NCBI GenBank assembly: GCA_964016885.1
Contig: OZ024740.1
Coordinates: 139,252,001-139,316,000 of the forward strand
Direction of reading: 5' to 3'
Length of the DNA: 64,000 bases
DNA from: Eledone cirrhosa
Taxonomy: Eukaryota
This document shows, one piece after another, positions 1 through 12,339 of this stretch. Position 1 is the stretch's first letter, and each line of letters starts with the position of its first letter. A model generated the notes under the pieces. The model ran no database searches. It was not told the origin of the DNA and saw only the letters and a program-made list of their open reading frames with translations. The position numbers and the translations under genes were made by a program.

Positions 1-658
1 ATCCTGCCGAGGTTAACTTCGACTTTCATACTTACTAATTCGATAAAATAAAGTACCAGTAATGGACTGCCGTAATGGATTTGTGCCGAAAAATAGAAAC
101 ACTATTAATGTGCAATAAGAGCAAAATATAACGACATTGCTCAATTATTTTATCTAATGTTGTAATAACACAAGGAAATGTTGTTTGTGTATTTTTTTTT
201 ATATTTGCTCATAGGCTTTTACAATTTCGCTCAGCCAACAACTATTAAAAAGTGAGTTGCTTAAGATAACAATTTAATCACAAATTGTTGCTATCTTTTA
301 ATACACTCCAACAAGTCATCAAATTATGTACAATAAAAACAAATCTTATTAATTTGCTCAGGGAATATAAAGAAAATGTATATACACTGATAATTGCAAT
401 TGTATGTAAATATTTTGTTTTTGTATTGTTTATTTTATGTTTTCTATTATGTATAATATATTGATTTAATATTGATTGTTTTTTATAGTTGTTTATATTA
501 AAAGTCTGAAAATATTTTTATACATCTTACACTAATATTTATAAGATAATTTATAATAACAATTACATAATCTAATTACATTACAACGACAATTTATTAT
601 TAATATATATCCTCTTTAACTAGAGTTATTACAAGCGTTGCCTTAAAAAAATATTAAA

Positions 659-2052
659 CTAGACATGAAAAATGCGCAAGCTCAAAAGTGCCACAGAATG
701 TTATAATAAACCTTCAAAAGTGTGGGACTAGAGTTGTTGCTAAAAAATATTGTAATCATTATATATCGTACATTCTGTGGCATCCTTTATAAAAATAGCT
801 TAAACCAACGAAGCCTTTATTTTTACGCTATTTCACTTAGTTAATTCTTAGAGTGTAACATATAAAAATAAATACATCTATGTTTAATGTAATAACAGCT
901 ATAAATAATTACGTAATATTATTATCATATACTCATAGTAACAAAATAATTGTGTTGAAAATTAATATGATGCTTATATGAACGATCAAATCTATAATGA
1001 TAATTTCTTAAATATACTAATAGTAAAATAATTTAGTTATCTATTGTTACATTTTCATAGAACTATAATATTAACAATCGTATTGCATTATCAAATTTTT
1101 ATCACTACAAACTTTCATATTGGAATTACCTTAAGCCACTTATTATTACTTCGCTTTCGTACTTTTACAGCTGTAGATATTGCGCTGTATCTTATATCTA
1201 ATATCAATATCTCATGGTAATTTGCATGCAGTGTAAAATAGGTTTATTAATAACTTTAATATGAAATGTATTATACAGGGCTGCGGAGTCGGCCAAAAAT
1301 TGACTGGCTCCAACTCAGGATCCGATATTCCCTTATTTCCTAAATTTCAGCTCCGCAGCTCTGTTATTATATTAATTAATTTATTTTATAGTTGTAAATC
1401 ATATTTTTATATGTTACACTCTAAGAATTAACTAAGTGAAATAGCGTAAAAATAAAGGCTTCGTTGGTTTAAGCTATTTTTATAAAGGATGCCACAGAAT
1501 GTACGATATATAATGATTACAATATTTTTTAGCAACAACTCTAGTCCCACACTTTTGAAGGTTTATTATAACATTCTGTGGCACTTTTGAGCTTGCGCAT
1601 TTTTCATGTCTAGTAAATCAATGTGTTGCTTAGGTTTCAAAGTTTGTGTCGCGTTCCCTCAAAAGAAGTTTTGTCGTTGTTCTAAACTGTAGGGTAGTAG
1701 ACGGAGGCAGTAACCTTTTAAAGAGAATTGCAGAGGAGATTAAGAGTGGAGTAGAGGAAAGGATGAACCTTTTAAAGAGAGTTGCAACATGTATGTAGTT
1801 TCATATATTTTTGATGGTATTAGTGAGAGGAATGAAGCGTGTAAGAGAGAGGGTTACAGCATGTTTATCGAGTTTTATCGATTTTTTTTTATAGAAGCAG
1901 GAAATATTTGGCAAAAATAATTACGCGTTGACCTGCCCTGGTAAATTTGGAGTACATTGGTAAAAAAAATCCTCAAAATCGGTAGAGAAATGTGGAAATG
2001 CATAAAAATCATACACACACACAGACAGACATCTACCGTTTTATATATACAG
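659..2052 (-). mobile_element. Probable non-autonomous Helitron with an internal inverted duplication of its 3' end
   Basis: Left end reads A|CTAG (659-662). Right end ...ACAGACAGACATCTACCGTTTTATATATACAG resembles the minus-strand 5' ends of the Helitrons at 21068 and 59582, but is degenerate. 659-870 is repeated inverted at 1402-1613. Confidence 0.5.
1276..1363. mobile_element. 88-bp hAT-like MITE
   Basis: Terminal inverted repeats CAGGGCTGCGGAG / CTCCGCAGCTCTG. Flanking 8-mers GTATTATA / TTATTATA match 7 of 8, consistent with an 8-bp target site duplication (TSD). Confidence 0.65.
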
Positions 2053-2125
2053 TTATATATTTTCAGAAGATCCCGTTTAGGGTGAAAGCAGCGATTCTTT
2101 GCTTAAACTTTAATCTGTTATTTTA

Positions 2126-2187
<62 letters not shown>

Positions 2188-2224
2188 TTATTAAAATAAC
2201 AGATTTGTGTATATGTGTATATGT

Positions 2225-2803
2225 AAACCTTTATATTTAATAATCTTCCATGAGGTTGAGATGCAATTTGGGCAATATTGGGCTGCGCTTTCTAGCAACC
2301 AGCCCACTCGCCGTAAGCAACCAATCAGATTCTTTCTGACTTGACCACTGCCACGTCACAGTTCTTAGCCATTTTGAATTCGTTTCTGGCGGAGATCACT
2401 TAAGAAAATCCTTTGTCCAAATGAGTTTGTTTCCTGACAAGTTCTAAGCTCGATATTTTATCCTTAATAGGATATTTCCGAAAGCGAACGAAACCCTAGG
2501 GTAGAAACGTGATCATGGTATGTGTATATGCATTTTTTTTCTTCTAACTTTAATTTTATACCTAATTGTGTATGGTTGACGGTATATTTAATCGATTTCC
2601 ACGTGCTGTTGAAATGTTGGGTAAATATTCTATGGCGGTTGGTCGCGAAGAGATTGCTGTAGTTTATTTATCTACTATTTCTTCATAGGTGCCTTTTAAT
2701 CTTATAGCCTGGCCTAATTGATTTTTGTGTGGTTAATTATGCTAATTGGGAGAGGAAATGGTGTATATATATTATCAAATGATTCTATGGACATACTTTG
2801 TAG
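2225..2803 (+). mobile_element. Unclassified ~600-bp interspersed repeat, copy 1
   Basis: Diverged homology to 38122-38735 on the minus strand: shared GGCTGCGCTTTCTAGCA, CGCCGTAAGCAACCAATCA and GGTTAATTATGCT...GATTCTATRGACAT. Ends in (TA)n. Confidence 0.6.
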
Positions 2804-2855
<52 letters not shown>

Positions 2856-3296
2856 GATTTTAACAATAGCAAACACAAACACGACAGGGAGCCTCACCCC
2901 AGAAAGAATTCTATAGACTTCTGACTGAGGTATGCTCTCAGAACTGACCAATGGGAAGTTTGACACTTTTTTTGTTATTTTGTTCCTTTCTACCACTTTA
3001 TCAATTTTTTAAGCTAACTCCAACAATAACAACACTTAGAATGAGGAATGTTCTAATAACTGACCAATGAGAGGAGAAGAGGCCCTTTGACACTGAAATT
3101 CAGAATGAGGAATGTTCTAATAACTGACCAATGAGAGGAGAAGAAGCCCTTTGACACTGAAATTCGTTTGTTTGAATTCATATGATTCCAGTTCCTCAGT
3201 GAAATAACAACCCAACCAGGAACTGAGCATATCAGAGTATTGACAAAATTATACACCTCAACAACATATGTACTTGTCTATACCACACTAATTCAA

Positions 3297-3351
3297 ACTG
3301 CCTGAAGAGGTCACAGTCAAAGATGGCTGTCACTGAAATATATATAGCAGT
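3297..3351 (+). ncRNA. Type I hammerhead ribozyme motif in a pseudo-LTR (pLTR)-like fragment
   Basis: ACTGC-CTGAAGA-stem II (ACAGTC/GGCTGT)-GAAA-TATATA-TA-GCAGT. Stem I is ACTGC/GCAGT and stem III is palindromic. Confidence 0.65.
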
Positions 3352-3396
3352 AATAAACGAAGCTAAATTTTAAACATTTGACTTTTTATTTAACTT

Positions 3397-3505
<109 letters not shown>

Positions 3506-3755
3506 ATACCTAAGAATTTAACCTTCGTTCATTATAACGATGTTAAAATGTTTCCAATATAATAACTGTAATACTATTTCATAGTAATACCTTGTTAGCT
3601 ATAATTTAGTGTAATTATCTCCGATAATCCGTTAACTTTTAATAAAGTTTTTAATAGACCGTATTTTTTATAGATATAATAAAGATAAACTTTCTATGCA
3701 ATAGTTATTTTTATGCTGTTTTATTATTAATTATTCTTCTCTATTATTCTCGTAA

Positions 3756-4403
3756 TCTATATATATAAAGTTGTAGTTCCTGTATGTTTGCTTGTTTGTT
3801 TCATCACGAACTCCTCCTATGGTTTTGGAGATAGACCCCGTAACCATATATATACTCTGAAACTACATTGCTCAGGGTACTTGGATAAGTATATTTTATT
3901 TTAATCAAAGGGTTCCCGGGGGCACAAACACCCGCTGAAAATATTTTCCCTTCGATTTATATGAAATTTAAATCAGAGATAAATCACAAAATTTCAGAAA
4001 ATTTCAATAATATTAAGATACCCAAAATTTCAATAATATTAATTTCAATAATATTTCAATAATATTAATTTCAATAATATTTCAATAATATTAATTTCAA
4101 TAATATTAAGATACCCAAACTTTTCACTATAGGGGTTAAACCCCTTATAGTGAAAAGTTTGGAAGCCCATAACTTGAGTATTGGAACCTCTATTATCACG
4201 GGGTTTTTATATTAATTTATCGTAATTTAGATTTGATATATTACAAAAAATAATGTTTTCCAATTGTTCATGCATTACATTTTACGTTGAGTAATATTGA
4301 AATGCAGAGGTTTTCTCCATAAATTATATCACTGATTTAATCAATCATCATTTTCTTACAAAAAAATGTGTGAAACGCAACCAGGCGCGGGTAATTCGGC
4401 TAG
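3756..4403 (+). mobile_element. Non-autonomous Helitron
   Basis: 5' end A|TCTATATATATAAAG, GC-rich subterminal stretch, 3' end CTAG|T. Contains AT-rich tandem repeats (~4000-4115) and a palindrome at 4115-4162. Confidence 0.6.
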
Positions 4404-4412
4404 TATTATTTA

Positions 4413-5250
4413 TCTATATATCTAAAACAGAGAATGTCTGTCTGTGTGTCTGACTCCCTAAAACTCTAGAACCACCCAAACGATTTTTTTCTAACTTTAC
4501 ACATGTAATACTTATAGTCCTGTGAGTGTTTTGAACAAAAAATATTTCAAATTTTTAATGCCAAAGGGACCGCATTAGGCGAAAAAGCGATCTCTCTCTC
4601 TCTCTCTTAGTCTTTCTTTTTAGATAGATACATAGATATAACGTTGCGCCCTTATAATTGTTTCTACTTTAGGCACAAGGCCAGCAATTACCCAGTACAT
4701 TACTGGTACTTTATTTTATCGACCCTGTAAGGATGAAAGGCAAAGTTAACCTTGGCGGGATTTGAACTCAGACTGTAAAGGGACGTAACTATGCTAGAAA
4801 GCATGACGTCCAACCCTCTACCGATACTGCCAATTCACCGCCCTTATAATATCTGTCTGTATGTCTGGCTGTCTGCATTACGACATTATGACGTTATATG
4901 TGTGTGTGTGTGTATATCTGTATATATAGTGTGTGTATATATATATATAGTGTGTAATGTTTTTTGAAATATTTACTTCTGCATTCGCAGTTTGATTTTT
5001 TTAGTTTCAGAAGATCCCGTTGGGGGTGAAAGCAGCGATTCTTTGCTTAAACTTTAATCTGTTATTTTAATATATGTATATATATATGTATATATATATA
5101 ATTATATATTCGTGTACAGATATTTTTGCATACACAATAACAAAATATAAACAAACGTATTTATTTCACGAGGCTCGATAAAGATGAATATATATCAAAT
5201 ATATAAGAACCCTAGAGCAAATCCCGAGCAACGCCGGGCCATTCTGCTAG
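4413..5250 (+). mobile_element. Non-autonomous Helitron with nested SINE
   Basis: 5' end A|TCTATATATCTAAAA followed by (GTCT)n. 3' hairpin CCCGAGCAACGCCGGG then CTAG|T, the same hairpin as the Helitrons at 21068, 58185 and 59582. Confidence 0.7.
4656..4843 (-). mobile_element. tRNA-derived SINE, family A
   Basis: Minus strand shows GGGCGGTG start, A-box-like TGGCAGTATCGG, B box GAGTTCAAATCCC, body GCCTTTCATCCTTAC...GTCGATAAAATAAAGTACCAG and end GGCCTTGTGCCTAAAGTAGAAACAATTA. Confidence 0.9.
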
Positions 5251-5314
<64 letters not shown>

Positions 5315-5591
5315 GGAAAAAATGAAACGAAATTTCATTTCCCACTCTTAGTACGGCTGTTACTTAAATATAAGTATGTACACGTACATACATATATGTA
5401 TACAGACGTACAGTAGTATGTATATACACATATATATATGTACGTATGGATTCACCGAACATTTATTATAATGCTCGGTGGGGTTGTAAACAAACATCCC
5501 GTATTAAGCCGTATATATATATATATATATGCTAGAGTAGTTTTCAAAACCTTAGGTAGCAAGCAGATATGTTGAGAAATTATATATATAT

Positions 5592-5710
<119 letters not shown>

Positions 5711-6269
5711 TTGTATTGGTACTCCAACATAACAATATTTATATAAATATACCTATTTTATATTGAAAAATATTGGGATGTTTATGAAAAATCATTTGAA
5801 GGTTTTTCGCTATAAATGTTTAAGGTTTTGACCATCGTCACACACCAAGCCTCAGTAAAGATCGACGCGTTTCTCGCTTATTAGTGTTTATCGAGACTAC
5901 ATATCTCCCTCTCTTTGTTGAGGCTAGTGTAATCTAGAATTCTGTAGATTTCAGCCTATGTATATGTGCTGATGAAACTCATTTGCAAACTGAGCGGCAC
6001 CCGGCCAGACTTAAATTAAACAAATTGTATTGGTGCTCAGATATAGATATATATATATAAATGTACAAGTCTGGCCGGCGAAAATATTTGGGATTATTAA
6101 AAATTGCTAGGGTAACATCCTATCATCCTCACTCTTTTACTTTACATCACTGTTCTTTTTTTTCTTCCTCTACTTTCTTATTACCATGGCATTTCTACCA
6201 AACATGCATTGTCGGGCTTCCAAATAACCAAACGTTTTCTTATTTGTTAATATATACATATACATACAT

Positions 6270-6301
<32 letters not shown>

Positions 6302-6363
6302 GTGTGTACGTACACATACACACACATATATATATATATGTACACACACACACACACACACAC

Positions 6364-6401
<38 letters not shown>

Positions 6402-6924
6402 GAATAAATAGACCGCAAGGTGAAAGGTGAGGGACTCACGTCACCAAACAGTAATCTGACTCTGGAACCCATTTCCTCCAAACATTAAAAGTTTAATCAC
6501 CCGGTTTATATCAGCTTATGCTGTCTTGTAAAAGGGGCATACGCGTACAAAACAAATCAAATAACTAATTCTCTTGACTTATGAATGTCTGACTTTCAAC
6601 CGCAGATCAAAACAAATAATAAACACTTTATGTTATGTGGATTAACAATCATGAACAGACAAATTATTTCCGAATTTAATGAAAATTCACACTGACATCC
6701 ATGTATTTCTTTTACTATGTATCTTACATATAAAAGTATATCAAAAGAAACTATTTTATCATTCTTTTCTATTTTCAACAAAATATATAAATCTTTCCAG
6801 TGTTTTGAGCTTCGTTTTTGAAATAATAGCACCCAACCGTTACTTCCTTTTTTGCAAATAAAGAAACAAAAAGATGTTACTACTGTTGTTGTTGGTAAAG
6901 GGAGTTGTATTGCTAGAATAAGGA

Positions 6925-7470
6925 GGGTGTCGGTCAAAATGCCTTTTTAGGGCTCTTTATGTTTTGTGTTCAAATATTCCAAAGACGTGAACTTTACCTT
7001 TTATCCTTCGGGGCACGAAACGAAAGAGACTCTAGTAAAAGATGTGTGGTGGACGAGGCTGAAAGGACTGAAGACAGACACTTTTCTCTTCGGCCAATCG
7101 CTCATCAGCTTTATCAAGTTTCCCTTGGGAAGGAGGATAAGGGTAGAGGAGGAAGTGCTGCCACTCGGTACATTTTCTAAAATGTGGTTAAATGTTGCGA
7201 GAATGGTCCGTGTGAATGGGCCTACGCTGACCATGCACTTGTAGGCTGGCTAATTTCGAGAGAAGAGAGATATCCTCATTGGACCATCGAGAAGTTCAGG
7301 ATTGGTGGGATTCCAGAATCGACCATTGGTGTTCACGGGGGAATTTTCATTCTTGTAATTCTATTGTTTATTATTTGTTAATTTGCTTTTACTCGATTTT
7401 ATTGTAAACCCCCACTGTCCCTGTCTATTGTATTGTCCCCAATATGTTGGTCCGCGTGGCCAATAAAGAA
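6925..7470 (+). mobile_element. L1/Tx1-like non-LTR retrotransposon 3' fragment (ORF2 C-terminus plus 3' UTR)
   Basis: Translates KDVWWTRLKGLKTDTFLFGQSLISF...RRIRVEEEVL...WLNVARM, homologous to 27930-28120 and 29100-29300. Followed by AATAAA and an (ATT)n tract. Confidence 0.65.
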
Positions 7471-7474
7471 ATTA

Positions 7475-7521
<47 letters not shown>

Positions 7522-7547
7522 GTTATTGTTATTAATATTATTATAAA

Positions 7548-7950
7548 GGGCGGTGGATTGGCAGTATCTGTAGAGGGGCAAACACCATGCCTTGCAGCAT
7601 AGAGTTACAGCCCTTTATGATCTGAGTTCAAATCCCGCCGAGGTTAACTTTGCCTTTCATCCTTACGGGGTCGATAAAATAAAGTACCAGTTAAGCACTG
7701 GGGACGATTTAATCGACTTTCCCCTCCCCCAAAATTGCTGGCCTTGTGCCTATATAAGAAACCATTGGCCTTGAGTCAAAAGTAGGGATCGGACGCCATG
7801 CTTTGCAGCAAAGAGTTACGGCCCTTTATGGTCTGAGTTCAAATCCCGCCGAGGTTAACTTAGCCTTTCATTCTTACAGGGTCGATAAAATAAAATACCA
7901 GTAATACACTGAAAATTGCTGGCCTTGTGCCAAAAGTAGAAACAATTATT
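7548..7950 (+). mobile_element. Two tandem family A SINEs
   Basis: Full copy from 7548 and a 5'-truncated copy from ~7790, each with B box and body motif. (ATT)n tail. Confidence 0.85.
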
Positions 7951-8608
7951 ATTATTATTATTACAACGTTATTTAGATAAAATATGATGATAACTTCTCA
8001 TCTCGTTTAAGATCGTTGATTCAATTTCTGAAATAGCTAGAGCGTTTTTAGTTTTAGTTACACGCTTTATATCCCGTTTTTTTTCCTGATTGGTCTGAGC
8101 TCCCTATCATTTAAACATTCGGGAAACTTTTTACGAGATACAACTTCGTAGGAGGCCAACTAAAACTTACGTCGGTGTGAGTTGTAAATTGCATTTCATT
8201 TCATTTTCATTGTCTAGTCTAACAAAAGACAAACAAAAAACTGAGGTTGTGAGCTTTACTCTTTCGTTAATATATTTCTAATGAAAGACACTTCCTATGA
8301 TATACAAATAATATAATATACTTCTTATTATTGATTTCGAATTCAGGAAATTTGGGGAAAACACAAAATTAATGAAATTAACCCCAGTTTGTATTTTATT
8401 TTGTTGACCCTGGAAAGATGAAAGGCAAAGTTGACCTTGGTGGGAGTTTAACTCTGAATGTAAAGTATCACCACACTTAACATTACATTATGGAGGACGT
8501 AACTTGCATAAAATTATGATGGAAGATTTTAGTATTAAAATCATTAAACTAAATAAAATAGAACAATATAATGAAATGTACGTTTTGAACAATTGTAGCA
8601 ATAATAAT

Positions 8609-8792
8609 TGTTTCTACTTTAGGCACAAGGCCAGCAATTACCCAGTGCATTACTGGTACTTTATTTTATCGACCCCCTAAGGATGAAAGGCAAAGTTAAC
8701 CTCGGCGGGATTTGAACTCAGTCCGTAAAGGGACGTAACTGTGCTGCAAAGCATGGCGTCCGACATCTACCGATACTGCCAATCCACCGCCC
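8609..8792 (-). mobile_element. Family A SINE with 16-bp TSD
   Basis: Full-length copy. TTGTAGCAATAATAAT is duplicated at 8593-8608 and 8793-8808. Confidence 0.92.
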
Positions 8793-10454
8793 TTGTAGCA
8801 ATAATAATGCATTATATAAGTGTTTAACATTATGAGTGCATGTACGAGTGATTGCATGGGTTTGCCTGGGTGTGTGAAGTAAGGATATTAACTTTAGTTA
8901 TATAGAAATGTGAAGTCAAGTTTAGATTACACCCCAAACGCAATGGTATAGGGGTAAATACTTTGTAAACTGATCGTGCGAACCGTTTTCTATTTCCGGT
9001 TAAATCTGTTTCGATCCATTTACCTCACTAATTCCATTAATAAAAGGTTTTCACGTCCAAACTTCCGGTATCCATTTTCTCTGAAATCAATATGGCTGAT
9101 TAACCCACTGAGAACATCTGAACTCGGACAATCCAGCACTGACACTCAGGGCAAATAAATATTTACCTACGATTAGGGTCTCGTTATTAATATATTTTCT
9201 TCTATTTACAATAATTTTGATATTGACTACCAATATATGTTACAATTATTTACCGAATACTGGGTTTTCCTTTTATTCGCTTTTTTCCCACGTTTACTAT
9301 AAATATTGTCTGTTTAGTTAATTCCACTCCAGGGGTTTATTTAATTGTAGTTAACGTCATGCGAGAGTAAAAACCATACATGATCTATTTAATATCCTAA
9401 AATTGAATAAGACATTTCAATTCAGTTGACACCCGTCTCTATCGACCAGCAAACATGGCTACTAATAAGAAAACTATAACAGCCAACCTTTGGATCATTA
9501 TAGTAACATTTTATGGTGGAGTGCAACTGTACTCTGATCTGAACTAGCGTTTCCCTTTATTAATAAAATATATTATGGACATACCAACGAAATACATGGC
9601 TGTAATATATATCGTAATATGAACATTATTATTATTATAAAATAGCCGCTTTATGCATAATACGTGAATGCCAACTATATTATATCAAAGAAGTCATTAT
9701 GATAGCGGTCAATTGTGATACTGGTGAAATGTCTTGCTCAAGACTACTTAGTCGCCTCCCCGATTTTTTTTTACTGAGGTTGTGTACAAAACATATACCA
9801 ATAAATACGGTATGTGTATATCAATGGCAATTTTCTACCGTCACATCAACATTTTAAGTATTAATCAAGGTAAAATGCCATATATTTTCAAGAAAGTTAT
9901 AAATCGATTTAATTGACTCTAGTATATCACTGGTATATATATTGTCTACGGAACGAAACGTGAAAGGCGAAATCGATTTTGGTTGAATTTGCATACGGAA
10001 TATAAAGAGACATAACCACATACTGTAAGGTATTTTGTCCACACGTACTACTGATTGCAATTTATTATCTTCGTTGATACAATGAGGTCGGTAGAAGCAA
10101 AGGTGGAGATTGAGAATGAGAAAAAGAATGCGAAATACAGGAGAAAAGAAAAGATAGATATATAGCGTGAAAAAGAGAGTGGAAGAGAGAAAGATAGTGA
10201 TTAGGATGAAGAGTGCCCAGAATACGAAAGAGAATTAGATAGAGATATAATTTGAATGAGATATATTCATATATTCCTGGTTTTGTCTAAAGATAACTAA
10301 ACTAGCAGATACAGAATGTTTATGTCCTATGATGGTTGAAGTTTGAAACCTTAGGTAGCATCTGTGTTGATATCCAATGTATTTTGGATCTGTACATATA
10401 ATGTGTTTTCCTTGATCTATTCCTCGGAAACACTTGGCACTATATATATATATA

Positions 10455-10862
10455 TAACGAAGGAAATGTGGTAAGGAACCAGATGGACCATAACGCACCA
10501 AAGTACTCAATACTTAGGGTAGTAGAGTGGGTAATAGGAACCAGTAGGACCCCGACGGCTGAGCTCAAGCCGTTTCGACGGCTATTTCTGGACAATAGAA
10601 ATAGCCATCGAAACGGCTTGAGCTCAGCCGTCGGGGTCCTACTCGTTCATATATATATATATATGAAAAAGTATGACCCCGACGGCAGAGCTCAAGCCGT
10701 TTCGACGGCTATTTCTGGACATATTTGGTCCAGAAATAGCCGTCGAAACGGCATGAGCTCTGCCGTCGGGGTCATACTTTTTCCTATTACCCACTGTACT
10801 ACTCTAAGTATTGAGTAATCTCGTGCGTATGGTCCATCTGGTTCCTTACAGCAATCCCTTCG

Positions 10863-10864
<2 letters not shown>
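10455..10864. mobile_element. Two head-to-head fold-back PLE-type mini-insertions in (TA)n
   Basis: Hairpins at 10538-10648 and 10665-10783, with ~80-bp outward-pointing tails at 10455-10537 and 10784-10864. Each contains the HHR 3' half GAAA-CGGC...GCCG-TC. Same family as 50876-51023 and 25665-25710. Confidence 0.7.
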
Positions 10865-10896
<32 letters not shown>

Positions 10897-10903
<7 letters not shown>

Positions 10904-11716
10904 GAAAAAAATAATGAATAAAACAATGAAACAGTTCCTTATATTAAACAAAAAAAGTTCATTATTTAACGATCGTTTCTAGGATATATATGTGTTAGAA
11001 TTGGCATGCATATTCAACAGATCTATGTACAAAATTATACAAAATTATACAAACTATCAAAATTAAATATACATACCCAACACATATATATGCCGTCTTC
11101 AGAAATAATGAAATATATTTATTGATAATAACAACAATTCAAAATTTCAGGTCCGTTTGGGAACAGAGTTCAAATTGACCAATGAAAATACAAAAAATTT
11201 TATGCAGTTTGGTGTGTGTATATACATGTAATTAACTTCGTACACATATTTACATAAAGATATATGTTCACATGCATACGCATGCCAAAAAGATGTATGC
11301 AAATACAAAAATTCAAGGCTAATGTCTCTGTAAGTCCATAATACACAGATAAAATGCGTATAGACACATAAATATGAAATAAATGTATACACACATTCAT
11401 ATACTCACACATATTCGTACACTCACACACACACGCGCGTATATGCATAAACATACACATAACTACGAACATACATACACACACACACCCCCACACACAT
11501 ATATATGTGCATATAGTATTATCATAAGCATATCGACATTAATGCACGCACATAAACACTGCCACACATATTTAGATCAGGATACAGAAATTAGGTGGGA
11601 GGGGGGGAGAGGTCAGTATTCAACGGTTTCGGCAGACTGCCTATTTATAGATGTATCTATAAACTTAGAAATAAAAAGAAAAGAAAAAGAAAAAAGAAAA
11701 AAGAAATATATCAAGG

Positions 11717-11753
<37 letters not shown>

Positions 11754-12235
11754 CACACATACACACACACACACACACATATATACATATACATATATAT
11801 ATACACATATATACACACATACATATATACATACACACATACATATACACATATATATATATACATACATATATACACACACATATATATATATACATAC
11901 ACATATACATACACACACATATATATATATACAAACAAGTAAAATATAAAGTATACATCGATATACATACATATAGACATATAAATAAATACACACGCAT
12001 ACACACACATACATATACATACATATACATACACATATATATAAACACATACATACACATACATATACATACACATACCATATAAATACACATACACATA
12101 CATAGACGCATACATATAGAGACACATACATATACACATATAAATACATAGACACATACACACATAAACACATATATATATATTTTTTTTTTTACACACA
12201 TATTCACATACACGCATACAAATATATATATATAT

Positions 12236-12294
<59 letters not shown>

Positions 12295-12339
12295 TATATA
12301 AATACACTCACAACACCCGTATATATATACACACTCATA
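10897..12339 (-). repeat. Inverted upstream copy of the PLE 3' region (pLTR)
   Basis: Reverse complement of 16471-17944, with a few substitutions and microsatellite length changes. Abuts the truncated RT at 12340. Confidence 0.9.

Noticed and set aside
2064-2130. CAGAAGA...GAAA motif (also 5008-5070) as a functional hammerhead
   Set aside because: The core has A in place of U, and no convincing stem I or UH site is present. Kept only as a degenerate repeat fragment.
8940-9170. GC-richer segment with short inverted ends (GGTAAATA / TATTTACC) as a transposon or ncRNA
   Set aside because: The inverted match is short, with no second copy or TSD in the window, so support is insufficient.
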